Assembly (NCBI RefSeq): GCF_009914755.1
Contig: NC_060948.1
DNA length: 64,000 nucleotides
Direction: 5' to 3' (one strand)
DNA from: the human T2T-CHM13v2.0 reference genome, Homo sapiens
In this document: positions 34,205 through 50,499 of the stretch, piece after piece
Layout of the letters: the number at the start of each line of letters is the position of its first letter
Position numbering within the stretch: position 1 is the first letter of the stretch
Program-made: the position numbers and the translations under genes
The notes under the pieces: generated by a model
The model's database searches: none
The model's input: the letters and a program-made list of their open reading frames with translations, nothing else
What the model was told of the DNA's origin: nothing

Positions 34205-36545
34205 GGCATTCAATGAGTATCAGGGGATTGTGGCGTTCGGTGTGTATCAGTGTGTAGTGGCATTGATGGTATATCCGTGCGTTGAGGCATTTAGAGTGTA
34301 TTGAGTGTGTACAAGTGTATCATGGTATTGATTGCATATAAGTGCATTGTGGGATTGAGTGTGTATCAGTTCATTATGAGATTGAGTGTGTATCAGTGCA
34401 TTGTGGGATTGAGTGTGTATCAGTGCATTGTGGGATTGAGTGCATTGTGGGATTAAGTGCGTATGAGTGCATTGTGGGATTGACTATATATCAGTGCATT
34501 GTGGGATTGAGTGTGTATCAGCGCATTATGGGATTGAGTGTGTATCAGTGCATTGTGGCATTGAGTGCATATGAGTGCATTGTGGGATTGAGTGTGTATG
34601 AGTGCATTGTGGGATTGAGTGTGTATCAGTGCATTGTGGGATTGCATGTGTATCAGTGCATTCTGGGATTGAGGGCATATGAGTGCATTGTGGGATGGTG
34701 TATCAGTGCATTGTGGGATTGAGTGTGTATCAGTGCATTGTGGGATTGAGTGCATTGTGGGATTGAGTGCGTATGAGTGCATTGTGGGATTGACTATATA
34801 TCAGTGCATTGTGGGATTGAGTGTGTATCAGTGCATTATGGGATTGAGTGCATATGAGTGCATTGTGGGATTGAGTGTGTATCAGTGCATTGTGCGATTG
34901 AGTGCGTATCAGTGCATTGTGGCATTGAGTGCATATGAGTGCATTGTGGGATTGAGTGTCTATCAGTGCATTATGTGATTGAGTATATATCAGTGCATTG
35001 TGGGATTGAGTGTCTTTCAGTGCATTGTGGGATTGAGTGCATGTGAGTGCATTGTGGGATTGAGTGTGTATTAGTGCATTGTGGGATTGAGTGCATATGA
35101 GTGCATTGTGGGATTGAGTGTCTATCAGTGCATTATGTGATTGAGTATATATCAGTGCATTGTGGGATTGAGTGTCTTTCAGTGCATTGTGGGATTGAGT
35201 GCATGTGAGTGCATTGTGGGATTGAGTGTGTATTAGTGCATTGTGGGATTGAGTGCATATGAGTGCATTGTGGGATTGAGTGTGTTTGAGTGCATTGTGG
35301 GATTGAGTGTGTATCAGTGCATTATGGGATTGAGTGCATATGAGTGCATTGTGGGATTGAGTGTGTATCAGTGCATTATGTGATTGAGTGCGTATCAGTG
35401 CATTGTGGCATTGAGTGCATATGAGTGCATTGTGGGATTGAGTGTCTGTCAGTGCATTATGTGATTGAGTATATATCAGTGCATTGTGGGATTGAGTGTC
35501 TTTCAGTGCATTGTGGGATTGAGTGCATATGAGTGCATTGTGGGATTGTGTATCAGTGCATTGTGGGATTGAGTGCATATCAGTGCATTGTGGCATTCAG
35601 CGTGTATCAGCGCATTGTGGCACTTAGTGTATATTGAGTGTGTACAAGTGCCTTGTGGCATTGAGTGCATATGAATGCCTAGAAGCATTAAGTGCATATC
35701 AGTGCCTTGTGGCATTTAATGTATATCAGTGCATTGTGGCATTTAATATATATTGGTGCATTGTAGCATTGAGTGCATTGTGGCATTGAGTGTGTATTGA
35801 GTGTGTACAAATGCATTGTGGCATTGAGTGCATATGAGAGCATCATGGAATTCAGTGCACATTAGTAAATCATAGCATTTAATCTATGTCACTGAATTGT
35901 GGCATTGAGTGCATACAAGTACATTGTGGCATTGAGTGTGTATCAGAGAATCATGGCATTTGATGTATATCAGGGCATTGTGGCATTGAGCGCCTATGAG
36001 TGCATTGCAGCGTTGACTGCCTATCAGTGCATGGTGGCATTCAGCACGTATCAGTGCATCGTAATGTTGAGTGCGTATCAGTGCATTGTGGCATTGAGTG
36101 TGTATCAGTGCATTGTGGCATTCAGCATGTATCAGTGCATCATAATATTGAGTGCATATCAGTGCATTGTGGCACTTAGTGTGTATTGAGTGTGTACAAG
36201 TGCACGGTGGCATTGAGTGCGTATCAGTGCATTGTGGAATTCAGTGCATATCAGTGAATTGTGGCATTTAATCTATATCAGTGAATTGTGGCATTGAGTG
36301 CATATGAGTGCATTGTGGCATAGAGTGTGTATCAGTGCATTGTGACATTCAGCATGTATCAGTGCATTGAAACGTTGAGTGCATATCAGTGCATTGTGGC
36401 ATTGAGGGTGTATCAGTGCATTGTGGCATTGAGTGCATATGAGTGCACTGTGGAATTCAGTGCATATCAGTGAATTGTAGCATTTAATGTATATCAATGC
36501 ATTGTGGCATTGTGTGCATTGTGGCATTGAGAGTGTATCAGTGCC
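34205..36545. repeat. 27-bp minisatellite: homogeneous core about 34340-35595, degenerate flanks
   Basis: Core unit gtgcattgtgggattgagtgtgtatca; distal units carry ggcatt instead of gggatt. Confidence 0.96.
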
Positions 36546-36871
36546 TCTCGGTATTGCGTGTGTATTCGTGAACAGGTGCTTCACCTGCTCCTCTCATGGT
36601 CAGCCCAGGAATCTCATATTTACTGTCCAGAGTCACGAAGGACCCTCCCCAGAGAGACTTCCCATTGAGAGACCCCTCCCCACTGAGTCAGACCCCTCGT
36701 CCCTCTCAAAGGCCACCTCTGAGACTGTCACACTTTGTCATGGGAATCCGGGGGCCCCTGGCATACTCTGTCCATGTTTGCCCAGCAAACACCATAGCGT
36801 AATAAAGGCAGAAGGAGATTCAGGGGCACGATGGGCTTACGGGAGGCCACCAGCCACGGGGAATCTGGCAT

Positions 36872-37097
36872 TCATAAGGAGCATGCAGTGAAATCTAGAT
36901 CCCTCACATGCACGGTTCACAGTAGGGTTTGTGCTCCTATGAGCATCAAATGCGTCTGCTGCTGATCTAACAGGAGGTGGGGCTCAAGCCGTAATGGGAG
37001 AGATGGGGAGTGGCTGTGAACACAGATGAAGTTTTGCTTGCTTGCCCACCGCTCACCTCTTGCTGTGGGACCTGGTTCCTTAGAAGCCACTGACTAG
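36872..37097 (+). mobile_element. MER1 internal fragment
   Basis: Near-identical to 44568-44797. Confidence 0.85.
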
Positions 37098-37867
37098 CAC
37101 CAGCAGCTGCAGTGTGTGGAGGCCTCCAGGAGCCAAACCCAGGATTTTTCCCATGGAATTGGACTCCATTCCAAACATGCATCCCGGGGCCACTCTGCTG
37201 ACTGGGTCGCCTTCCTGTGTGGCTTGAAGTAAATGCAAGATTCGCTGTCCTGAAGCAAATGAATCTGAAGTTCAAGTCAGAGCAGACGTGGAGGGACGGG
37301 TGGCCGATCTGTCTACACGTTAGGCATTCTTCGTCACTACCAGGGGCACCATTGACTGCTCTTGATTTAATCCGTGTAACAGACTGGAGAAGCCCATTAT
37401 CCAAGAGTCAAGGTACAATCAATATATTTTGCAAAATAAAGAGTCTATTGGGTGCACACTAATAAAGAAAAAGAAAGCAAACCCTGTAGGTTTAATTTAG
37501 AGCTCACCCCCACCTCTTCCCACCTCAGCCCTGAAGTCGCCAAGACTCGTCATAAAACCGTTTCCTTGTTAATCCTCGCCGAGGTGTTTTTCTGTGCCCA
37601 GAGCCTGGCTTGGGAAATGAATGACGGGGTGATGGTTAGAAAACCAGGACACAATGTGGGGGCCACAGAAACATATATGGGGATGCCTAAGGCACTTGGA
37701 GGTGATGGCTGAGGGCTCCACGCCTGGGGTACGTGGTAGGGAGGAAGATTGGATTAAGTGAAATGCTGTTGACTTAATCCCAATGGGTTTTAACAAGAAA
37801 TCAAACCCAGAGGTGTCTGTTCTCAGGGAAGAGCTGCAGGAAGGGGGAAGATGGAACGTTGTACCCA

Positions 37868-38505
<638 letters not shown>

Positions 38506-38904
38506 TGAAAAAAGAATGCTGCACCCGGAAGAAGCACATTGCAGCCATCCCTGACAATTGCTTGGATGCTACAATGGTGAATTTTATAAGTCAGTCTGAT
38601 CAGGTCTTGCAATGAACACGTTAAACATGATTTCTGGATGTATCTGTGAGGATGTTTCTAGAGGAGACTAGCATTTGAGTTCATGGGCTCACGAAAAGAA
38701 ACATCATCCGCTTTAAAACTGGTAAGGATAGGCCTTCTGTTGAGGGTGTGCAACAGGATTTGCTCCATTTCTCCTGCAACACTACTTGAGCTGGGACATC
38801 TCATTCCATCATCTGTCTTCAGACTGGCTCTTACAGCCTCGGTTCTTCTGGGTCTCAGGCCTTCAGCTAAGTTAGGGTCTTCACGCTATCAACTCTACTG
38901 CATT

Positions 38905-41510
38905 TCAGACCTTCAAACTCAGACTAGAACTCCCACCCTCAGCTCTCCTGGGTCTCTGGACTTCAGACTCACACTGGAACTCACACCCTCAGCTCTCCTG
39001 GGTCTCAGGACTTCACACTCAGACTAGAACCCACACCCTCAGCTCTCCTGGGTCTCTGGACTTCAGACTCACACTGGAACTCACACCCTCAGTTCTCCTA
39101 GGTCTCAGACCTTCAGACTCAGACTAGAACTCACACCCTCGGCTCTCCTGGGCCTCAGGCATTCAGACTCAGACTAGAACTCACACTCTCAGCTCTTCCA
39201 GGTCTCGGGCCTTCAGACTCACACGGGAACTCACACCGTCAGTTCTCCTAGGTCTCAGACCTTCACACTCAGACTGGAACTAGGGACCCTTGGCTCTCCT
39301 GGGTCTCAGACCTTCAGACTCAGACTAGAACTCACACCCTCGGCTCTCCTGGGTCTCAGGCCTTCAGACTCAGACTGAAACTCACACCCTTAGCTCTCCT
39401 GGGTCTCAGGACTTCTGACTCACACTGGAACTCACACCCTCAGCTCTCCTAGGTCTCAGATCTTCAGACTCAGACTGGAACTCACACCCTCAGCTCTCCT
39501 GGGTCTCAGGACTTCAGACTCTGTCTGAAACTAGGGACCCTTGGCTCTCCTGGGTCTCAGGACTTCAGACTCAGACTGGAACTCACACCCTCAGCTCTCC
39601 TGGATCTCAGGCCTTCAGACTCAGACCGGAACTCACACCCTCAGCTCTCCTGGGTCTCAGGACTTCTGACTCACACTGGAACTCACACCCTCAGTTCTCC
39701 TAGGTCTCAGACCTTCAGACTCAGACTAGAACTCACACCCTCAGCTCTCCTAGGTCTCAGACCTTCAGACTCAGACTAGAACTCACACCCTCGGCTCTCC
39801 TGGGTCTCAGGCCTTCAGACTCAGACTGAAACTCACACCCTTAGCTCTCCTGGGTCTCAGGACTTCTGACTCACACTGGAACTCACACCCTCAGTTCTCC
39901 TACGTCTCAGACCTTCAGACTCAGACTAGAACTCACACCCTCGGCTCTCCTGGGTCTCAGGCATTCAGACTCAGACTAGAACTCACACTCTCAGCTCTTC
40001 CAGGTCTCGGGCCTTCAGACTCACACGAAAACTCACACCGTCAGTTCTCCTAGGTCTCAGGACTTCACACTCAGACTAGAACTCACACCCTCAGCTCTCC
40101 TGGATCTCAGGACTTCACACTCAGACTGGAACTCACACCCTCAGCTCTCCTGGGTCTCAGGACTTCAGACTCAGTCTGAAACTAGGGACCCTTGGCTTTC
40201 CTGGGTCTCAGGACTTCAGACTCATACTGGAACTCACACCCTCAGCTCTCCTGGGTCTCAGGACTTCTGACTCACACTGGAACTCACACCCTCAGTTCTC
40301 CTACGTCTCAGACCTTCAGACTCAGACTAGAACTCACACCCTCAGCTCTCCTGGGTCTCAGGCCTTCAGACTCAGACTGAAACTCACACCCTCAGCTCTC
40401 CTGGGTCTCAGGACTTCTGACTTACACTGGAACTCACACCCTCAGCTCTCCTGGGTCTCTGGACTTCAGACTCACACTGGAACTCACACCCTCAGCTCTC
40501 CTGGGTCTCAGGACTTCACACTCAGACTAGAACTCACACCCTCAGCTCTCCTGGATCTCAGGACTTCACACTCAGACTGGAACTCACACCCTCAGCTCTC
40601 CTGGGTCTCAGGACTTCAGACTCAGTCTGAAACTAGGGACCCTTGGCTTTCCTGGGTCTCAGGACTTCAGACTCATACTGGAACTCACACCCTCAGCTCT
40701 CCTGGATCTCAGGCCTTCAGACTCAGACCGGAACTCACACCCTCAGCTCTCCTGGGTCTCAGGACTTCTGACTCACACTGGAACTCACACCCTCAGTTCT
40801 CCTAGGTCTCAGACCTTCAGACTCAGACTAGAACTCACACCCTCAGCTCTCCTGGGTCTCTGGACTTCAGACTCACACTGGAACTCACACCCTCAGCTCT
40901 CCTGGGTCTCTGGACTTCAGACTCACACTGGAACTCACACCCTCAGCTCTCCTGGGTCTCAGGACTTCACACTCAGACTAGAACTCACACCCTCAGCTCT
41001 CCTGGATCTCAGGACTTCACACTCAGACTGGAACTCACACCCTCAGCTCTCCTGGGTCTCAGGACTTCAGACTCAGTCTGAAACTAGGGACCCTTGGCTT
41101 TCCTGGGTCTCAGGACTTCAGACTCATACTGGAACTCACACCCTCAGCTCTCCTGGATCTCAGGCCTTCAGACTCAGACCGGAACTCACACCCTCAGTTC
41201 TCCTACGTCTCAGACCTTCAGACTCAGACTAGAACTCACACCCTCAGCTCTCCTGGGTCTCAGGACTTCTGACTCACACTGGAACTCACACCCTCAGTTC
41301 TCCTAGGTCTCAGACCTTCAGACTCAGACTAGAACTCACACCCTCAGCTCTCCTAAGTCTCAGACCTTCAGACTCAGACTAGAACTCACACCCTCGTCTC
41401 TCCTGGGTCTCAGGACTTCACACTCAGACTGGAACTCACAACCTCCGCTCTCCTGGGTCTCAGGCCTTCAGACTCAGACTGGAACTAGGGACCCTTGGCT
41501 CTCCTGGATC
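38905..41510. repeat. 50-bp minisatellite, about 52 copies
   Basis: Unit gaactcacaccctcagctctcctgggtctcaggacttcagactcagactg. Confidence 0.98.
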
Positions 41511-41587
41511 TCTGTCTTTCTAGCAGTAGATTAAGGAACTTCTCAGCTTCCATATTTAACTGACCTATTTTCTCATAATAAATCTAG

Positions 41588-41603
41588 CATCTATCTATCT
41601 ATC

Positions 41604-41638
<35 letters not shown>

Positions 41639-41812
41639 ATCATCTATTATATTATATTATCTACCTATCTGTTTATTATCTGTTTATCATTTGTTATTAT
41701 CCCTACTATCATCTGAAAATCATGTTTTTATCATATATCTATTTATTATTCATCTACTTATCCCCTGTCTCTGTAGCTTCTACATAGCTATCTATCATTT
41801 ATCTATCTCTTC
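41588..41812. repeat. (TATC)n and degenerate derivatives
   Basis: Visible. Confidence 0.9.
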
Positions 41813-41816
41813 TCTG

Positions 41817-42117
41817 TTTTTTTTTTTTTCTGTTTTTAGATAGAGTTTCACTCTTGTTGTCCAGGCTAGAGAGCAATGGCGTGATCTTGGCTCATTACAA
41901 CTCTGCCTCCCAGGTGCAAATGATTCTCCTGCCTCAGCCTCCCGAGTAGCTGGGGTTACAGGCATCTGCCACCATGCCCAGCTAATGTTTTGTATTTTTA
42001 GTAGAGACAGGGTTTCACCATGTTGGCCAGGCTGGTCTCGAACTCCTGACCTCGTGATCCACCCGCCTCATCCTCCCAAAGTGCTGGGAATACAGGCGTG
42101 AGCCACCATGCTTGGCC
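41817..42117 (-). mobile_element. AluS
   Basis: Reverse dimer. Confidence 0.92.
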
Positions 42118-42267
42118 TATCTTTCCCCTGTTGAATCTGTTTCTCTGGAATGCTTGAGGAATATAGACATCTCTACTTTGTCATGGTTTCATTCACTCAT
42201 TACAATGTCACCTCACTATATACCTGGTGCTTAAGAAAGGTCCGATAGACAATGTTGGGTAATGGGA

Positions 42268-42673
42268 TGTATTTCTTGCTGATAACAGAATACCTGAAAC
42301 TGAGTAAATGATAAGAAATCAAATTTATTCTTACAGTTCTGGAGGCTCAATAATTCTAGGTCAAGGGGCGGCATCTGGTGAGGGCCTCCTTGCTATTGGG
42401 GACTCACTGCTGAGTCCCAAGGTGACACAGGTATCACATGGTGATGGGGCCGAGAGTGCTAACTCAGGTCTCTCTTCCACTTCTTATAAAGCCACTAGTC
42501 CCACTCCCTTGATAAACCATTAATCCATTAATTTATGATTGGATTAATCCATCTCTAAGAGCAGAGCCTTCACGGCCCAATCACCTCTTAAATAACTCAC
42601 CTCTCAATGCTGCCATGTAGGGGATAAAGTCTCCCCAGGAGTTTTGGAGGGAACAAATATTCACACCTTAGCA
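42268..42673 (-). mobile_element. MST-family (MSTC/D-like) MaLR LTR
   Basis: ttacagttctggaggct...gcatctggtgagggcct...cccaatcacctctta...cacaccttagca. Confidence 0.85.
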
Positions 42674-43015
42674 TGGGGCTTGGATGACCTCCTAGTGTCC
42701 TCACTGTGGTGGTCTCCGGGCATGCATCTCTGTTCATGGCTCAGCCATCCACATGGTCCCAGAAGAGCCACCACAATCTACGTGGATGAAGTTCAGGGTT
42801 TTCAGACTCAAGATTTCTGGGATCCATCAACTGATGGCAGATGTCCTCAGCAAACACCACCAGAGTTACTTGAATCAACAACACCTCAAGTTGCTCGAAA
42901 CTCGGACAAATTTGGAACCAAGCGTATCACCATTGGAGAGAAGAGACCCATCGCTTTTTTCTTTGGGAGTGTTCGTGGAGGTGGATGGATAAGAGTGTAA
43001 GGAAGGTTGAGAGGT

Positions 43016-43092
43016 TAGTAGAGACAAGCTTTCACCATGTTGGCCAGGCTGGTCTCTAACTCCTGACCTCGTGATCCACCCTCCTCATCCTC
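43016..43092 (-). mobile_element. Isolated Alu left-arm fragment
   Basis: ttagtagagac...ctcgtgatccaccctcctcatcctc. Confidence 0.85.
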
Positions 43093-43739
43093 ATCCAGAG
43101 CAAGACTGGCTATTTCCCATTCTTAAATTGAGTAAAACTATCAGCCCTTTGCAAAACAGAACTCAAGGGGTGAGGGGTACTGTCTTCTGCATCGTCCACC
43201 TCCATTGCTGGTGGCAGTTATCCCCTGAAACCACCTTCGCCTGGAGCCATCCCAGCTTCTGCCCACATGATGGTTCCCCTTTCCTCATCTTCCTTTTTCC
43301 TCCTCCCACTTGTCCCACTTGTATCTTGAGGTTTTGCTGTACTACAAACAGAATCTGATAAAATAATCTTGACTAAGCCAATGAGTAAAAAAACCCTTGA
43401 GTATAGTCTTCCTCGCTCTTCCTGATTTGGACAAGAAGCTTGCAAATATGCTGGTATCTTCAGAAGAATGACTGCTATGGGGTTATGGGTGAGAAGTCAG
43501 TTTTCTCCTCTGGTTTTTCATGGGTATTTTAAAATTACAGCCAGGGGTAGCAGCAGTTCTCCCTCCCTAGCAGCTATGAGTCTATGGAAGGGTTTGTGTC
43601 CATGCTTTCTGAAATAATTACCAGAGCTAACCACATTCTATGTTTGGCTGTTTTTTCTTCTCCAAATGCATCTGGAGACCCACTTGGCAGCAGGAAGGTT
43701 GCTGGGTGCTCAGAGCATCTTACTCCAGGGAAGATTGGT

Positions 43740-43832
43740 GATAGGATAGATAGACAGACAGACAGATAGAAAAATCAATAGATAGATATCTAGATAGATA
43801 GATGACGGATAGATAGGCAGGCAGAGATAGAT

Positions 43833-43883
<51 letters not shown>

Positions 43884-43924
43884 GATAGATAATAGACACA
43901 TAGATGATAGACAGATAGATAGAT

Positions 43925-43958
<34 letters not shown>
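43740..43958. repeat. (GATA)n tetranucleotide repeat
   Basis: Visible. Confidence 0.95.
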
Positions 43959-43959
<1 letters not shown>

Positions 43960-44066
43960 GTAATGTGTTTGAATCATCCCAAAGTCACCTCCCCAACCCC
44001 CATTTCATGGAAAACTAGTCTTCCAGGAAACTGGTCCCTGGTACCAAAAAGGTTGGGGGGCCGCTG
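43958..44066 (-). mobile_element. MER1 5' fragment
   Basis: gaatcatccc...ggtccctggtaccaaaaaggttggggg..cgctg is the reverse MER1 terminus. Confidence 0.8.
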
Positions 44067-44069
44067 ATA

Positions 44070-44886
44070 TAGGGGTATTTGTGTCCTTATGAGAAGGGGA
44101 AGAGACCCCAGAACTCTCTCTGTCTCTCTCTCTCTTTCTCTCTCTGTCTCCACTGTGTGAGGACACAGCAAGAAGGCAGCCGTTTGCAGACCAGAAAGAG
44201 AGCCCTCACCAGACACTGAGTCTGCCCTGTCCACACCTTGATCTCAGACTTCCAGCCTCCAGAACCACGAGAAAATAAATGTCTGCTGTTTAACCCAGCG
44301 GTCCCCAGCCTTTTTGGCACCAAGGACCACTTTCACGGAAGACAATTGTTCCACGAACTGGGGAGGGGGTCTGGTTTGGGGATGATTCACGTGCATTACA
44401 TTGATTGTGTACTTTATTTCTATTATCATTGCATTGTAATATATAATGAAATAATTATCCATCTCAGCATAATGTAGCATCGGTGGGTGCCCTGAGCTTG
44501 TTTACCTGCAACTAGATTGTCCCCTGTGGGGGTGATGGGAGACACAGTAGAGCATCAGGTATTGATTCTCATCAGGAGCATGCAGTGAAATCTAGATCCC
44601 TCACATGCACGGTTCACAGTAGGGTTTGTGCTCCTATGAGCATCAAATGCCTCTGCTGCTGATCTGACAGGAGGTGGGGCTCAAGCTGTAATGGGAGAGA
44701 TGGGGAGTGGCTGGGAACACAGATGAAGCTTTGCTTGCTTGTCCACTGCTCACCTCCTGCTGTGGCACCTGGTTCTTCAGAAGCCACTGACTAGTAGCAA
44801 TCTGTGGCGCAAGGGTTGGGAGACCCTGGTTTAACCCACCCAGTCTGTAGTCCCCTGTCATGGGCAGCCTAAACAAAACTAATGCA
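44070..44886 (+). mobile_element. MLT1A-type MaLR LTR interrupted by MER1A
   Basis: gaggacacagcaagaaggc...gacttccagcctccagaac...aataaatgtctgctgtttaa, resuming ccacccagtctg...aactaatgca. Confidence 0.85.
44296..44828 (+). mobile_element. MER1A (hAT-Charlie) non-autonomous DNA transposon, full length
   Basis: cagcggtcccc...gttgggagaccctg termini; 8-bp TSD gtttaacc at 44288-44295 and 44829-44836. Confidence 0.9.
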
Positions 44887-45039
44887 AGCACCTGCCCCTG
44901 CAGGCAGTGAGCATAGGCTGTTTCCAAGCCCACCAAAGAGGCCACCTCTCTTGTAATTATAGTTGTATTTCTCATTGATGACAGATATAAAAATCCTTAA
45001 TGCCACATTGTTTGGGGGACCTCAGAAAAGGCAGGGATA

Positions 45040-46126
<1,087 letters not shown>

Positions 46127-46599
46127 CTAGAAGGATGCTGGCTAACTGGTACCAATTGCCTACATCCTATGACTCATCATGTCCCAGGTACGAGTGCCCA
46201 CGTAGGTGGTGGTCGTAGCTTCTGTTCTCATCAGCTTGATTTTTCAGAAAATTGTATCCTGGAATAGCCACTTATTGGCATTAGAGAGAGAAAGATGCTG
46301 ATTATAATAACTCCTGTGGCTTGAAGTATTGGGTCCAAGCTGCTACTAAGTTAACTGGAACATGTTCTATTCATTTGTTAGTGCCTAAAATTAACCAGGC
46401 TCCTTGAGGCCCTGAACACATTGTTCCGGAAATACATCAGTATTGATCACTGCTGCATTTCCTCATTAAATAGGGCAGCTGGGGTATTTTTAGCACAAAA
46501 CACTGAAACAGAACAAAATGTGATTATCTATGTCGTTATGGTAATACAGAAGTCCCAGATTTGACTTCTTTCAAAAAAAGAGGTCTTTATATTCATAAA

Positions 46600-46722
46600 A
46601 AAGAGACAGACAGAAAGATGGAAAAAAGAAAGAGAAAGAAAGAAAGAAGGAAAGAAAGAGAAAAAAGAGAGAAAAAATAAAGAGAAAGAAGAAATAAAGA
46701 AAAAGAAGAAAGAGACACAGAG

Positions 46723-46777
<55 letters not shown>

Positions 46778-46824
46778 AAAAGAAAAGCAAGCAAGCAAGC
46801 AAGCAGGAAAGAGAAAGGAAGAAA

Positions 46825-46884
<60 letters not shown>

Positions 46885-46952
46885 AAAAGAAAGAAAGAAA
46901 GAAAGAAAGACAAACAAAGGGAGAGAAAGAAAAAAGAAAGGAAGGAAGGAAG
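46600..46952 (+). repeat. (GAAA)n polypurine tract
   Basis: Visible. Confidence 0.95.
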
Positions 46953-47666
<714 letters not shown>

Positions 47667-47829
47667 GATTCTTTAAACAAAATTAATAAATATCTGGCAG
47701 AATCTTAACAGTGAGAAGATACTGTATTCATTGCCAAGGGCTGGGGCAGTGCAGAGGTGAAAGAGATACATTGAGGATCAGATGCAGAATGTTGGAGTGG
47801 TTCACAGTTTAGTATAACCCAGCATATTG

Positions 47830-48044
47830 GGGGTGTTGCAAACGAAGCCAATCCGGCCCCCTGCACGTTACTGTCAATAAAGTTTTATTGAAACATGGTC
47901 ACACACACATTCTTGTGCACACCGTCTGTGGCTGCTTTCCTGCCACAAGGGCAGAGCTAAATCCTTGCATGGCAGACTGTGTGGTCCACAAAACTGAAAA
48001 TATTGACTATCTGGCTCTTCACTTAAAAGATTTGCCCACCTCTG
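47830..48044. mobile_element. MER58A (hAT)
   Basis: aataaagttttattgaaaca...ggctgctttc...aaaatattgactatctggc...tttgcccacctctg. Confidence 0.8.
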
Positions 48045-48093
48045 GTCTAACTGGTGTTGGAGGAATGCTTCGTAGTGACTCAGCCACTCCTGG

Positions 48094-48446
48094 TTTCTTT
48101 TTTCTTTTTTCTTTCTTTTCTTTTCTTTTTTTTTTTCTTTTTTTTTTTTTTTTGTTTTTTTTTTTGAGACTGTGTCTTACTCTGTCACCCAGGCTGAAGT
48201 GCAGTGGCTTTATCTCAGCTCACTGAACCTCCGCCTCCCGGTTCAAGCGATTCTCCTGCATCAGCGTCCTGAGTAGCTGGGATTACAGGCTCTTGCCGCC
48301 ATGCCCTGCTAATTTTTGTATTTTTAGTAGAGACAGGATTTCGCCATGTTGGCCAGGCTGGTCTCGAACTTCTGACCTCATGATCCACCCACCTCGGCCT
48401 CCCAAAGTGCTGGAATCTTACAGGTTTGAGCCACCACGCCCAGCCC
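48094..48446 (-). mobile_element. AluS
   Basis: Reverse dimer with long T tail. Confidence 0.92.
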
Positions 48447-48968
48447 AAATAATTTTTATTTAATATATTTAATATAAATATTAAATAAATAAATTTACTA
48501 AATATAAATGTTAAACAAATGTTTATTCATTAATATAAATATTACACAAATATTTATTTAATATTTATCTTAATGAATTAATTTACATAAATTTATTCAT
48601 TTATATCTTACACAAATATTTAATATTTTTATTAAGGAATTAAATTTATTAATTATATATTACACAAATATTTAATATTTATATGAAGGGATAAATTTAA
48701 ATAAATTTATTCATTTATATATTACACAAATATTTAATATTTATATGAAGAATAAATTTAAATAAATTTATTCGTTAATATATATTACACAAATATTTAA
48801 TATTTATATGAAGGAATAAATTTAAATAAATTTATTCATTAATATATATTACACTAATATTTAATATTTATATGAAGGAATAACTTTATTTAAATAAATT
48901 TATTCCTTCATATAAATATTAAATAAAAGTATACAATAAATAAATTTATATTAAAATATATTTTTTAA
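48447..48968. repeat. AT-rich degenerate tandem repeat (about 60-65-bp unit)
   Basis: Recurrent attacacaaatatttaatatttatatgaagg.ataaatttaaataaatttattc. Confidence 0.85.
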
Positions 48969-49559
48969 AATCCTGTTACCAAATATATGTATTTGGATAT
49001 AGCAGAAGCACGTGAAAGAGGAAAATGACCATCACAGCAGCATTCTTGGAATTATCTACTAAGGTAAAGGAGCCCCTTGGGGCAGGTGGTGATCGCTAAT
49101 CGAGGATCCCCTTGGAGAGCTGGTTGGTTTTGACTTGGTGGTCCTCTCTCCTGTTGGTTTCCGGGGAGTGGTCAACACATGGGCAGACAAGGTATATAGC
49201 TCTTTTTGGGGTCTATGGAGAATCAGAGCCCCTCCATGAACCCAGCTAAAGAGGCAACACATGCTTAATTCCATTCCACACTCAGGGAAGTCAACTCTAA
49301 CAACGCAGAAGAAAGATGAGAAGGACAAAAATGTCCATTCGGTTTGAGAGATGAACTCCCACATCTGTGGGCAGAAGGCCAAAGTTAGCCCCAAAGGCAC
49401 ACCCCGTCCACTCCAGGTGCTGTGTGTGTGTGGGCGTTAGCCTTCCAGGGACTTCACGGCCAAGAAGACAATTGCCCCACGGAGCTGGGACGACCCTCTT
49501 TTCTGAGCCATTTCAGAATGCCAGCCAGGGAATTCCTATTGAGCAGGTGCAAAAGTACG

Positions 49560-50479
<920 letters not shown>

Positions 50480-50499
50480 TAAATGATGTCTACAAAAAG

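Larger units (their letters stand above)
38568..42170 (+). mobile_element. MLT2C/D-type LTR expanded by a 50-bp VNTR, (TATC)n and an Alu
   Basis: 5' part ttctggatgtatctgtgaggatgtttc...tagcatttga; 3' part acttctcagcttccat...cataataaatc; terminus tctgtttctctgga at about 42140. Confidence 0.75.

Noticed and set aside
34342-36584. His/Cys-rich repetitive ORFs (QSHNALIHT)n
   Set aside because: 27-bp VNTR read-through; not a zinc-finger pattern and no gene structure
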